Notes: generated by a model not told the origin, from the letters alone. A DNA stretch of 64,000 bases from Candidatus Omnitrophota bacterium (GCA_021108075.1 JAIORP010000030.1:133-64132); one strand, 5' to 3'. Shown: positions 30,460-39,312, counted from the stretch's first letter. Numbers and translations are program-made.

Positions 30460-30962
30460 AAGATTGCATTTTATTGATTATCATTTTGGGATTTTTGATG
30501 AGTTTTGATTTTGTTTGTGCGAATGAACAAACAAAAGAAGACAGTGTTTCTGATGATACGATCGAAAAAATGAGGGTAAATTATTCGATGAACCCGTTTA
30601 AACCACAGTTACCGAAAAAGACAGTTCCGCCGGTAAACACCTCTGTTCGACAACCGCCGCGACAGCTTCCGGTTAACCCTTCGAAGAAAACACCGTCGAA
30701 CAGGACGCCGTCCGCTGTGCCGCAGACAACCTCAAATCAAACGGACCCTCAGAACATCGATATCCCGATTGTTGATCCGGTGGTGACGTTGCCCCCATTG
30801 GATATTTCAGGGTTGATTTGGGATACCGATCGGCCTCAGGCTATTATTAATAATAAAATTTTGGAAATTGGTGATATTGTTGATGAATTTAAAATAATAC
30901 ACATCTATAAGCAGGGTGTTACCGGGCATTATCAGGGAAAGGATTTTACGATAACACCTTAA
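30456..30962 (+). CDS. PilP-like secreted protein
   Basis: It is 168 aa with a signal peptide, a Pro-rich linker and a C-terminal beta-domain (ILEIGDIVDEFKIIHIY). It lies immediately upstream of the secretin gene. Confidence 0.4.
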   Translation: MKDCILLIIILGFLMSFDFVCANEQTKEDSVSDDTIEKMRVNYSMNPFKPQLPKKTVPPVNTSVRQPPRQLPVNPSKKTPSNRTPSAVPQTTSNQTDPQNIDIPIVDPVVTLPPLDISGLIWDTDRPQAIINNKILEIGDIVDEFKIIHIYKQGVTGHYQGKDFTITP

Positions 30963-30978
30963 TGAGGAGTATGCAATA

Positions 30979-32586
30979 ATGAGACAAAAGCTTCCTTGCT
31001 TGGTTTTCTGGACGTTTTTATCGGTTCTCTTTTTCGTCCAGCCTGTTTTGAGTTACGACTGGGACGAATATGATTTATATTCAGGTGACAACGAAAACTT
31101 AAAGATCATTTCTATGGATTTTAAGAATGCGGCTTTAGGCGATGTGTTAAAGATTTTTTCTCAACAATCCGGCATGAATTTTATTTCTTCATCAGAAATT
31201 GCTGATAATAAAATTAATCTTTATCTGGAAAATGTTCCGGTTAAAGAAGCGCTTGAGCGGATTTTGACCGCTAACCAATTAACATATGAGTTAAAAACAG
31301 GCAGCAATATTTTTGTTGTTAAACCATTAAATGTCCCTGAACTTCAACTTGAAACAAGAATTTATCAGCTAAAACATGCAACGGTGCCTTCATCTAAAAT
31401 AAATTCGACTTTGTCTGGCTTCGGTGACGAGCAGGGCTCAGAAGAGGGGGGTGGTTCTGGCGGTGAATCGGGGGAGAGTGGCGGTAGCGGAGGGGAGTCC
31501 GATGATAGTAAGGGCATTCTTGGAATGGTTAAAAATATGTTATCAGAAAAGGGCAACATGGTTGAAGATGCCCGTACGAACAGCATTATCATCACCGACA
31601 TTTCAACGCAGTTCGCCAGGATTGAACTTGCCATCGCCCGTCTGGATGTACGCATTCCGCAAATTTTGATTGAGGTTGAGATGCTGGATATTTCATCCAA
31701 TACAGCTGATTTGATAGGGACCAAATTTGGGGATACTCCTGTTACTTTTTCCGCCGGGGAGAAAGACGGCTCGTTCCCTTTTGAAGAAGATAATATCATT
31801 GATGATGCTGGCGGTATCCGGACGACTGCCTATGAGGACGCGCAGTATCGGGTCAGTACGCTTTCTTTTAAAGGACTTACATTTTTAATGCAGTTTTTAC
31901 GCACACAGACAGATACGAACAATTTAGCCCGGCCTCGTATTTTAACGTTGAATAATGAAACAGCCGAGATTCATATTAAAACAGATGAAGCGATCGGTAT
32001 TTCTGCGAATACGACTTCCGCTGAAGGAACAGCAACGAGTGTCAATGAAGCTGAACGTGTTGCGACGGGTGTGTTTTTGACTGTGACGCCGCAAGCAAAT
32101 ACACACACCGGAGAAATAATGCTGGCGATTGAACCGAAGGTGATTCAGGCCAGGACCGGAGGAACGTTTAGCGGGCAGTCTTTCAAGGATCCTGAAGAAC
32201 GTGGCACAAAATCTATCTTACGTGTACAAAGTGGTCACACGGTTGTGATCGGCGGGTTGTTGCGCACAGACATTTCTGAAGTTAAGACGAAGGTGCCCCT
32301 GTTGGGTGATGTGCCTGTTGTTGGTAAAGTTTTTCAGCATTTGGATAAGACCGAAACGAAACGGGAGCTTATTATTTTTATTACTCCAAGTATCGTAAGT
32401 GAAGATCGAGCAAAAATTTCTTACTCAGAAAGGGAACCTATGATGCGCGAACGGTCCTTTTACAACGAGCGCAATGAATCGATCCGGGAAGACTTACAAC
32501 GTGAAGAGTTGAGAGATAACATTTTGAAGCGTGAAGACGCGACTCCGTATTATTCCATTGGTATTGATAAAGAATTAAATCATTAG
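30979..32586 (+). CDS. Secretin (PilQ/GspD family)
   Basis: It has a signal peptide and an N0-like domain (NFISSSEIADNKINLYLENVPVKEALERIL). It has the secretin C-domain motif VPLLGDVPVVGKVF...RELIIFITPSIV. It contains a Gly/Ser/Glu-rich insert. Confidence 0.85.
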   Translation: MRQKLPCLVFWTFLSVLFFVQPVLSYDWDEYDLYSGDNENLKIISMDFKNAALGDVLKIFSQQSGMNFISSSEIADNKINLYLENVPVKEALERILTANQLTYELKTGSNIFVVKPLNVPELQLETRIYQLKHATVPSSKINSTLSGFGDEQGSEEGGGSGGESGESGGSGGESDDSKGILGMVKNMLSEKGNMVEDARTNSIIITDISTQFARIELAIARLDVRIPQILIEVEMLDISSNTADLIGTKFGDTPVTFSAGEKDGSFPFEEDNIIDDAGGIRTTAYEDAQYRVSTLSFKGLTFLMQFLRTQTDTNNLARPRILTLNNETAEIHIKTDEAIGISANTTSAEGTATSVNEAERVATGVFLTVTPQANTHTGEIMLAIEPKVIQARTGGTFSGQSFKDPEERGTKSILRVQSGHTVVIGGLLRTDISEVKTKVPLLGDVPVVGKVFQHLDKTETKRELIIFITPSIVSEDRAKISYSEREPMMRERSFYNERNESIREDLQREELRDNILKREDATPYYSIGIDKELNH

Positions 32587-32603
32587 AAAAAGGAAATATT
32601 TAA

Positions 32604-34343
32604 ATGGCCCGATTAAAACTAGGTGAGATTTTAATCAATCAAGGTTTAATTTCTCAAGAGCAATTGCAAAAGGCAATTGATACTCAGAAGAGAGAGAAAC
32701 GCGGCCGGATTGGAGAAGTTTTAATGAAGCTTGGAATCATCACCGAAGAGTCCATGAATTCGGCGTTGGCATCCCAGTTGGGCATTCCGTATTATTCTTC
32801 GGATAATACGGATCTTCTCAAACCTCGCGAAGACCAGGGATTAGAGTCCATCCTGGACGGTGATTTTGCCAGAAAAAATTTGGTCCTACCCCTTTCCAAA
32901 CATATGAATTCGTTAACCTGTGCGGTCAATGATCCCCTTGATTTGCTTTTGCTAGACAATTTAAGGCGAATTGCGGGCTGTGAGGTCAATATCGTTTTGA
33001 CCACGAAGAATGCTTTGCAAAAAGCGATTGCGGATTTTTATTATTCTGATAAAGGTGATGGGAAATCGAGCATGCTTAATCAGGCCGTTGAAAAATCTTA
33101 TTCATCAAATCAATCCAGTTCCTTTGTGACATCCGGGCAGAAAGAATCGGCTTCGGCTGAATTAAGTTTAGACAAACTGATCGAGAAGGCCGGTGAGGCC
33201 CCTGTCGTAAAATTGGTCGATCTGATCATCCGTCAGGCGATTGATGAGCGGGCGAGTGATATTCATATTGAGCCCTATAACAGTAAAATCAATTTACGAT
33301 ACCGGATTGATGGCAAGTTGTATAATATCCCACCGCCTGCGCCACATTTGCATTTACCGATTGTTTCACGTATTAAGATTTTATCCAAACTGGATATCGC
33401 TGAAAAACGTTTGCCTCAAGATGGCGCGATTTCTGCCAAGCTGGAAGACAGGACGGTTGATATTCGTATCTCAACAGTTCCAACGGTCTGGGGTGAGAAA
33501 GTTGTTATGCGTATTCTCGATAAAGGGGCTGTTCCTCTGGAACTCGCCAGCTTGGGATTTTCCCCTAAGCAGATTGATATGCTGCGCAACGCGTTAAGCT
33601 CGCCTTACGGCCTGTTTTTTGTTACCGGACCGACAGGAAGTGGTAAGTCAACAACACTCTATGCGGCCTTAAACGAGACAATTGACCCATCAAAAAATGT
33701 TATGACCGCGGAAGATCCGGTCGAATATAAGATCGACGGGATTAATCAGGTCGCCATTCGAACCGAAATCGGATTGACTTTTGCGATAGCACTAAAAGCG
33801 TTCCTACGTCAAGATCCGGATGTCATTATGGTCGGGGAGGTCCGTGATATTGAAACAGCGTCTATCTGTGTCCGCGCCGCTTTGACGGGTCACTTTGTCT
33901 TGAGTACGTTGCATACGAATGATGCCGCATCAGCAATAACTCGTTTGATTGATATTGGCGTGCCGCATTATTTGTTAACGCCATCTTTGATCATGATTTT
34001 AGGGCAACGGTTATGTCGTCGATTGTGTTCAAAGTGTAAGGAACCTTATGAGCCCACACCAGACCAACACGCCGGGAATAAATTTACCAGTGATTTAATT
34101 TACAGGGGCAAAGGTTGTGAAGACTGCAACAGCACCGGCTATAAAGGCCGTCTTGTTATATCAGAGGTCCTGGCTATCGATGATTCGATTCGAGCGGCGG
34201 TTTCAAATGGAGCAACATGGGCTGAATTAAAAGAATTAGCCCGTAAGAATGGGATGGATACGATTTTTGAATCAGGACTCCGTTTAATTGAACAGGGTTT
34301 AACAAGCTACGATGAGGTTTGTCGAGTGACAATGGAATATTAA
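32604..34343 (+). CDS. Type IV pilus / T2SS assembly ATPase (PilB/GspE/MshE family)
   Basis: It has Walker A GPTGSGKSTT and a tetracysteine zinc motif (CSKCK...CEDCNSTGYKGR). Its N-terminal domain carries two tandem MshEN-type motifs. Confidence 0.9.
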   Translation: MARLKLGEILINQGLISQEQLQKAIDTQKREKRGRIGEVLMKLGIITEESMNSALASQLGIPYYSSDNTDLLKPREDQGLESILDGDFARKNLVLPLSKHMNSLTCAVNDPLDLLLLDNLRRIAGCEVNIVLTTKNALQKAIADFYYSDKGDGKSSMLNQAVEKSYSSNQSSSFVTSGQKESASAELSLDKLIEKAGEAPVVKLVDLIIRQAIDERASDIHIEPYNSKINLRYRIDGKLYNIPPPAPHLHLPIVSRIKILSKLDIAEKRLPQDGAISAKLEDRTVDIRISTVPTVWGEKVVMRILDKGAVPLELASLGFSPKQIDMLRNALSSPYGLFFVTGPTGSGKSTTLYAALNETIDPSKNVMTAEDPVEYKIDGINQVAIRTEIGLTFAIALKAFLRQDPDVIMVGEVRDIETASICVRAALTGHFVLSTLHTNDAASAITRLIDIGVPHYLLTPSLIMILGQRLCRRLCSKCKEPYEPTPDQHAGNKFTSDLIYRGKGCEDCNSTGYKGRLVISEVLAIDDSIRAAVSNGATWAELKELARKNGMDTIFESGLRLIEQGLTSYDEVCRVTMEY

Positions 34344-34365
34344 TTTATTAATAAAGGGATAAAGA

Positions 34366-35604
34366 TTGCCAAAATATTCATATATCGTTAAAAATAAGGC
34401 CGGTGTTGAAGAAAAAAATGTTGTGGATGCCGTTAGCCAACAATCTCTTATAGAGAAGTTGCAACGCGAAGGTTACTTTATTGTTCGCGTGTTAGAAATC
34501 AAAACGACGTCCCATTTAAAGAAGAAAACATCCAAAAAAAACGAAAAGAGAAAATTTAGTCGTAAAAAAACTAAGTTGGAGGATCTTTTATCTTTTTCCC
34601 GTCAGTTAGCAACGATGTTAGAAGCGGGGGTTTCACTGATCCGCAGCCTTGATGTCATCCTGATTCAGGTGCAGAGTGAAGAGCTATACAATATATTAAA
34701 AGCCTGCAAGAAAGATGTCGAACAGGGTATCGCGTTAAGTGTTTCTTTGTCCAAGTATCCGAACGTCTTTAACCAGTTTTGGGTCAGCCTTATTGAAGTG
34801 GGTGAGGCTTCGGGTACTGTCCCTGTCGTTTTAAACAAACTTTCTTTTTATTTAGAACAACAGGCTGAATTCCGGGCGACCATTATTTCGGGCCTCATTT
34901 ATCCCGCTATTTTATTTATGGTCGCTGTTGGGGCTATTGCATTTTTTGCCCTGTTTGTGGGTCCGCGTTTTCAGTCGATTTTTGATTCAATGAACGTGGA
35001 TTTACCGATGATTACGGTTGTTTTATTGGCATCCTTTTCTTTTCTTAAAAAGAACATATTTTTGATTATCGCCGGAATCGTCGCGGGTGTATTCTTTTTA
35101 AAAAAATATATCAAAACATATCAAGGTAAATTACTTTTTGAAAAAGCTATGTTCAATATGCCTGTTTTTGGTGAGGTGTACCGTTTAATTATTGTTGAAC
35201 GCTTTACATCTCAGATGTCCATCTTGATTGATGCCGGTGTACCCATTTTATACGCCTTGGATATATCCGAACGTTTAGTCGATAATAATTCTTGTGCCAT
35301 GATTATCAGCACAATTAAAGAAGGCGTCCGCGAAGGGGAATTATTGGTCGCGCCCATGACGCGCAGTGGTTTCTTTCCAGCTATGTGTTTGCAGATGATT
35401 ATGGTCGGGGAAGAAACAGGTGAATTGAGTAAAATGTTGAAACACGTGTCAGCTTATTATCAAGATCTGGTTTCAACTTTTATGAAAAGGTTTGCGACGA
35501 TTGTTGAGCCATTTATGTTGGTTTTTATGGGGGGTGTCATCGGAACCATTGTTCTGGCCATGTTTTTACCAATGTTTAATATCGCACAACTAGGGGGAGG
35601 TTGA
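34366..35604 (+). CDS. Type IV pilus inner-membrane platform protein (PilC/GspF family)
   Basis: It has two GspF repeats and about 412 aa of polytopic membrane sequence. Confidence 0.85.
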   Translation: MPKYSYIVKNKAGVEEKNVVDAVSQQSLIEKLQREGYFIVRVLEIKTTSHLKKKTSKKNEKRKFSRKKTKLEDLLSFSRQLATMLEAGVSLIRSLDVILIQVQSEELYNILKACKKDVEQGIALSVSLSKYPNVFNQFWVSLIEVGEASGTVPVVLNKLSFYLEQQAEFRATIISGLIYPAILFMVAVGAIAFFALFVGPRFQSIFDSMNVDLPMITVVLLASFSFLKKNIFLIIAGIVAGVFFLKKYIKTYQGKLLFEKAMFNMPVFGEVYRLIIVERFTSQMSILIDAGVPILYALDISERLVDNNSCAMIISTIKEGVREGELLVAPMTRSGFFPAMCLQMIMVGEETGELSKMLKHVSAYYQDLVSTFMKRFATIVEPFMLVFMGGVIGTIVLAMFLPMFNIAQLGGG

Positions 35605-35741
35605 TAATATATAAGAAGCTTCAGAATATGTTTATAAATATTAGTTATACGCATTAAAAAAAATAAGTTTTATCTATCTATTCAATAGAAAATCGGTTAA
35701 ATTATAAATGTAAAAAAAATGAAAAAATTTATCCGCTCTCT

Positions 35742-35770
35742 TTGACAACTATCGATTTATATGGTATACA
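35742..35770 (+). promoter_or_regulatory. Sigma70 promoter, TTGACA-17-TATACA
   Basis: TTGACA at 35742-35747 and TATACA at 35765-35770, about 290 nt upstream of the major pilin gene. Confidence 0.5.
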
Positions 35771-35940
35771 TTTCTTAGAAACATGTTGAGCTTTATTGTT
35801 AAATGTAAACTACTCGTAAGGGTACGACACAAAACTATAGGGCCCTGGAAGTGCGGTATTTGAGCACTTTAATTTATAGATGAAGGAATAAAACGACATC
35901 TGCAGGGGTAGCCAGTTGCCAATAAAAAAGGTTGTGTATA

Positions 35941-35974
35941 CCTATTCTACGATAGCTAGAATAGGTTTTTTTTT
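35941..35974 (+). terminator. Intrinsic terminator or attenuator inside the pilin leader region
   Basis: The stem is CCTATTCTA / TAGAATAGG (9 bp perfect) with loop CGATAGC, followed by T9. Confidence 0.6.
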
Positions 35975-36058
35975 GAGGCTTCTTGGAGAAAGGGAAATTA
36001 GAAAAAATAGAACAATAATGTCAGGAAAATCAAAAAGGAAAGTAAGTAAAAAAGGAGC

Positions 36059-36481
36059 TTGAACATGAATTTAAATAACAAAAGTGGTTTTACATTACTC
36101 GAAATTATCATTGTCATCATCATCGTTGGTGTACTCGCCAGTTTAGCATTACCTCGATTTTTCAGCACCGTGGAATTCTCCAGAAGTACAGAAGCTCTTT
36201 CAGCATCAAGTTCAATCCGTCAATCATTAGAGCGATGTTATTTAGGGAATAATGGGAATTATGTCGGCTGTACGCTAGCCGCGATTGACTTAGCTGATCC
36301 CGGCGGATCACCAGGTGCTCATTTCGCGTATGCTATTGCTGGTCAAAGCGCCACAGGATACACAATCACAGCGACAAGAAACGCTATTAATGGCGGTGAC
36401 GGCACATCAGCAATCACCCTCACTCAATCTGCTGCGGGTGTTGCAAGAGCGGGTACAGGCGTTTTCGTTGGCATTAAATAA
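36059..36481 (+). CDS. Type IV pilin (probable major pilin)
   Basis: It has the class III signal ...KSG/FTLLEIIIVIIIVGVLASLALP. AAGGAG sits 6 nt upstream. A long hairpin follows it. An alternative start at 36065 is possible. Confidence 0.85.
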   Translation: MNMNLNNKSGFTLLEIIIVIIIVGVLASLALPRFFSTVEFSRSTEALSASSSIRQSLERCYLGNNGNYVGCTLAAIDLADPGGSPGAHFAYAIAGQSATGYTITATRNAINGGDGTSAITLTQSAAGVARAGTGVFVGIK

Positions 36482-36510
36482 AACGGGTTGATTTTTTAAC
36501 CTTTTAAGGT

Positions 36511-36565
36511 CCTAAATAGCGACATCGAAGTTTTATTCATTAAGACTTCGATGTCGCTATTTAGG
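36511..36565 (+). promoter_or_regulatory. Perfect 21-bp inverted repeat (hairpin) between the major and downstream pilin genes
   Basis: CCTAAATAGCGACATCGAAGT-(13-nt loop)-ACTTCGATGTCGCTATTTAGG. There is no U-tract. Confidence 0.6.
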
Positions 36566-36591
36566 CGTCCTGAAACAAATGGTGATTGCTT

Positions 36592-36975
36592 ATGATATTC
36601 AGTCAGAAAGGTTTCACATTATTAGAGGTATTGATCACTATGATCATTATTGGGGCAATGGCTTCCATCGCCTGGCCCAGCTTTGTTGTCACAATTGAAC
36701 GGGCAAAATCGGCTGAAGGGGTTCAGATCCTGGAAGTCATAATGGGTTCCCAAAAGATATATAAATTAGAAAATGGGGTTTATTCCAATACTATGGCAAA
36801 CTTAGAAGTCTCAATCCCTGCCGCCAGTAATTTTAATGCCCCGACATTGAGCACGTCCAATCCAATCGCTTCTATTCAACGAAAAGATAATTTATATACA
36901 TTGTCCATTACGGACGCCGGGGTAATCGCCTGTTCCAATGGTACTGTAACATACTGTCAAAAGATAGGGTATTAG
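36592..36975 (+). CDS. Type IV pilin or minor pilin
   Basis: It has the leader MIFSQKG/FTLLEVLITMIIIGAMASIAWP. Confidence 0.8.
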   Translation: MIFSQKGFTLLEVLITMIIIGAMASIAWPSFVVTIERAKSAEGVQILEVIMGSQKIYKLENGVYSNTMANLEVSIPAASNFNAPTLSTSNPIASIQRKDNLYTLSITDAGVIACSNGTVTYCQKIGY

Positions 36976-36978
36976 AAC

Positions 36979-37404
36979 ATGAAGAACTTAAAGGGTTTTA
37001 CATTGCTGGAAATTATTATTGTTGTCATTTTGCTGAGTATTATCGCGGGATTTGCTATTCCCTCGTATAACAAATCCATGCGCCGCACGCATGAACAGGA
37101 TGCTGTTGTTCAATTGACAGCCCTGCATGTGGCAAATGAATTATATGAAGCTCAGGCTGATCAATATTTACAGGGTGCGGGACTATCGTTGACGCAGGTT
37201 AACAATGGACTCCACATCAGTATCATGGCCAATGAGATGACTTATAGCTATACGTCAGGGGCTGGCAGTTATGCCGCAACATCTTCGTGGAACGAGACAG
37301 GAACAAGCCATGACTTCACTTTACGGGTGAATCAAACAACGATTTCTTCGTCCAATCCCTGTTGTTCAGCGGGTACTTGTCCAACGGTTGCTAATTGTTC
37401 TTAA
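36979..37404 (+). CDS. Type IV pilin or minor pilin
   Basis: It has the leader MKNLKG/FTLLEIIIVVILLSIIAGFAIP. Confidence 0.8.
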   Translation: MKNLKGFTLLEIIIVVILLSIIAGFAIPSYNKSMRRTHEQDAVVQLTALHVANELYEAQADQYLQGAGLSLTQVNNGLHISIMANEMTYSYTSGAGSYAATSSWNETGTSHDFTLRVNQTTISSSNPCCSAGTCPTVANCS

Positions 37405-37418
37405 AAAGAAGGTTATTG

Positions 37419-37760
37419 ATGTTACGGATAAGAAAGAAAAATGGGGTGTCTATCGTTGAAGTCGTTGTTACGGCCATTATTTTTTCCATTGCGGCTTTTG
37501 GGGTTTTTTCGACCATCGCTGTTCTGCGTCCACAGGGCCAGGATTCAATGAAAAAGCTGCAGGCGCTTTATACGGGGAAGAGTATTTTAGATGAATTGAT
37601 TATGGCTGTTGATGCTCACACGTGGGGTTCTGGTTTGAGTAATTTGGCCCTGGGACATCATAGTCGTGTGATCGGTAATTACACCATTAATTATTATGTA
37701 GCCGATGTTACCGGCCAGGGTTTGCGGCAAGTCTATATGAATGTGAGTTATCCGGATTAA
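37419..37760 (+). CDS. Minor pilin-like protein with a degenerate prepilin motif
   Basis: It has ...KKNG/VSIVEVVVTAIIFSIAAFGVF. The start is chosen at ATG 37419 with AAGAAGG upstream. The ORF track extends to 37395. Confidence 0.55.
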   Translation: MLRIRKKNGVSIVEVVVTAIIFSIAAFGVFSTIAVLRPQGQDSMKKLQALYTGKSILDELIMAVDAHTWGSGLSNLALGHHSRVIGNYTINYYVADVTGQGLRQVYMNVSYPD

Positions 37761-37761
37761 T

Positions 37762-38367
37762 ATGAAGTATATTTTTTTAAAAAATAAAAAAGGTCTGACG
37801 TTAACGGAACTGATTGTTGCCACCGTCATGATCGCGATTGTCATGGTCGGCGTTGCCGCCTTTACGTTTGCGGTGAAAAGCATTCAAGGCACAAGTAGAA
37901 AGGCGTCGATCACGTCCATGCGTTTAGCAGCTGTTATGAGCAAGCTGCGCAAGGATGCGATGCTTGCTGTCGGAGACATTAATAATCTCGGCATCGTTTC
38001 TAACAATACAGGAGATGATAGAGGATTGTGTTTCCGACATGATGCAGATAATGATCCAGCGACGTATACGGGTGATCAATGGGTCTGTTATGTGACATAT
38101 GGCACCGGAGATACCGGTTTGCGAGTTTGTGAAGGATTAGCCTCAGCAGATACCGATTGCGGCCAGGCTGGTCCACCGAACGATAAGCAGTTAATTGAAT
38201 TAACAAGCAAGAATTATTTTTCCATCTCATTGGACGGACAAGGGCGTTTAGCTGAATTGCAGATAACGCTAACTGCTCGGGATGATTCTTCTGCCGTGGC
38301 AGACCCGTTAGAAAATCCTGAGTACACACTCACCACAAAGGTCTTTCCTGTTGGGCATAGCTGGTAA
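37762..38367 (+). CDS. Minor pilin-like protein
   Basis: It has ...KKG/LTLTELIVATVMIAIVMVGVAAF. It is 201 aa. Confidence 0.6.
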   Translation: MKYIFLKNKKGLTLTELIVATVMIAIVMVGVAAFTFAVKSIQGTSRKASITSMRLAAVMSKLRKDAMLAVGDINNLGIVSNNTGDDRGLCFRHDADNDPATYTGDQWVCYVTYGTGDTGLRVCEGLASADTDCGQAGPPNDKQLIELTSKNYFSISLDGQGRLAELQITLTARDDSSAVADPLENPEYTLTTKVFPVGHSW

Positions 38368-38471
38368 TGATTTGTATATTTATTCTGTCTCTCCCCAAAT
38401 ATATGGAAATGCTTGTCATAAATCTTGTGTTTTGATAATATGAAATCTCCAAAATGAAATTTATATTAATT

Positions 38472-38544
38472 GGGTCGGTAGCTCAATTGGGAGAGCACAT
38501 GGTTCGCAATCATGAGGTTGGGGGTTCGATCCCCCTCCGATCCA
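38472..38544 (+). tRNA. tRNA-Ala (anticodon CGC)
   Basis: It folds into a cloverleaf by hand. The acceptor stem GGGTCGG/CCGATCC has the G3:U70 Ala identity pair. The D-loop is AATTGGGA and the anticodon loop is TTCGCAA. The T-loop is TTCGATC and the discriminator is A73. CCA is not encoded. A TTGTCA-17-TAATAT promoter lies upstream. Confidence 0.8.
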
Positions 38545-38571
38545 TTCTTAATAATTTTTTTTAATTTGTAT

Positions 38572-39312
38572 ATGTATCGATTTTATACTCCAAACTTAGA
38601 TTTATCAAAAGATGACGTTATTTTGGCTAACGCTAAAGAGCGCCATCACCTGCAACATGTTTTACGTTTGAAGGCAGGGACGGTCGTTTATTTGTTTGAT
38701 GGCGATGGTAATGAGGTTCAGGCTAAAATTAACCATTTTGAAGAGATGCGGATTCATTTCGATGTCGTTTCCAGGAATTTTAAGTCTTTATCTGTGCCAC
38801 AAATTATTTTAGCATGTGCGATTCCCAAAAGATCTAAATTTGAACTCATCATTGAAAAAACGACAGAGTTGGGCGTTGCTGAAATTTATCCGATGATCAC
38901 TCATCGAACAGAATTGAAAATGAAAAAGGAAGGGTTGCACAGAAAGGACGAACGCTTTTCATCTGTGGCTGTTAATGCTGCGAAACAAAGTCAGAGAGCG
39001 CATGTCCCGGTCATTCATCCGATCGAGCCGTTCAAGTCCGTTTTGCCCGTGCTTGCCGAAAGAGGTGTTACCCTTATCCCGAGCTTAATCGGTGAGCGAA
39101 AGCCATTATGGCAAGTGATCCGGCATTTAGACAAACCTGATCTGATATCGTATTTCATCGGGCCTGAAGGTGACTTTACTCCACAGGAATATGAACATGC
39201 TTTTCGTTGTGGTTGTCAATCAGTTTCTTTAGGTGAAACGATTTTGAAGGTCGAAACCGCTGCAATCTGTGTGATTTCAGCTCTGCATTTATTTTATTCT
39301 GATGACTATTGA
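38572..39312 (+). CDS. rsmE: 16S rRNA (uracil1498-N3)-methyltransferase
   Basis: It has the RsmE-type N-terminus MYRFYTP... with a PUA-like domain followed by a SPOUT methyltransferase domain (YFIGPEGDFTPQE). The start is moved to 38572 so that it does not overlap the tRNA. Confidence 0.7.
   Translation: MYRFYTPNLDLSKDDVILANAKERHHLQHVLRLKAGTVVYLFDGDGNEVQAKINHFEEMRIHFDVVSRNFKSLSVPQIILACAIPKRSKFELIIEKTTELGVAEIYPMITHRTELKMKKEGLHRKDERFSSVAVNAAKQSQRAHVPVIHPIEPFKSVLPVLAERGVTLIPSLIGERKPLWQVIRHLDKPDLISYFIGPEGDFTPQEYEHAFRCGCQSVSLGETILKVETAAICVISALHLFYSDDY

Noticed and set aside
35860-35900. Possible sigma54 promoter (CTGGAAG...TTTGAGCA) upstream of the pilin gene
   Set aside because: The spacing between the GG and GC elements is about 15 nt rather than 10. 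The -24 and -12 elements deviate from TGGCAC/TTGCA.
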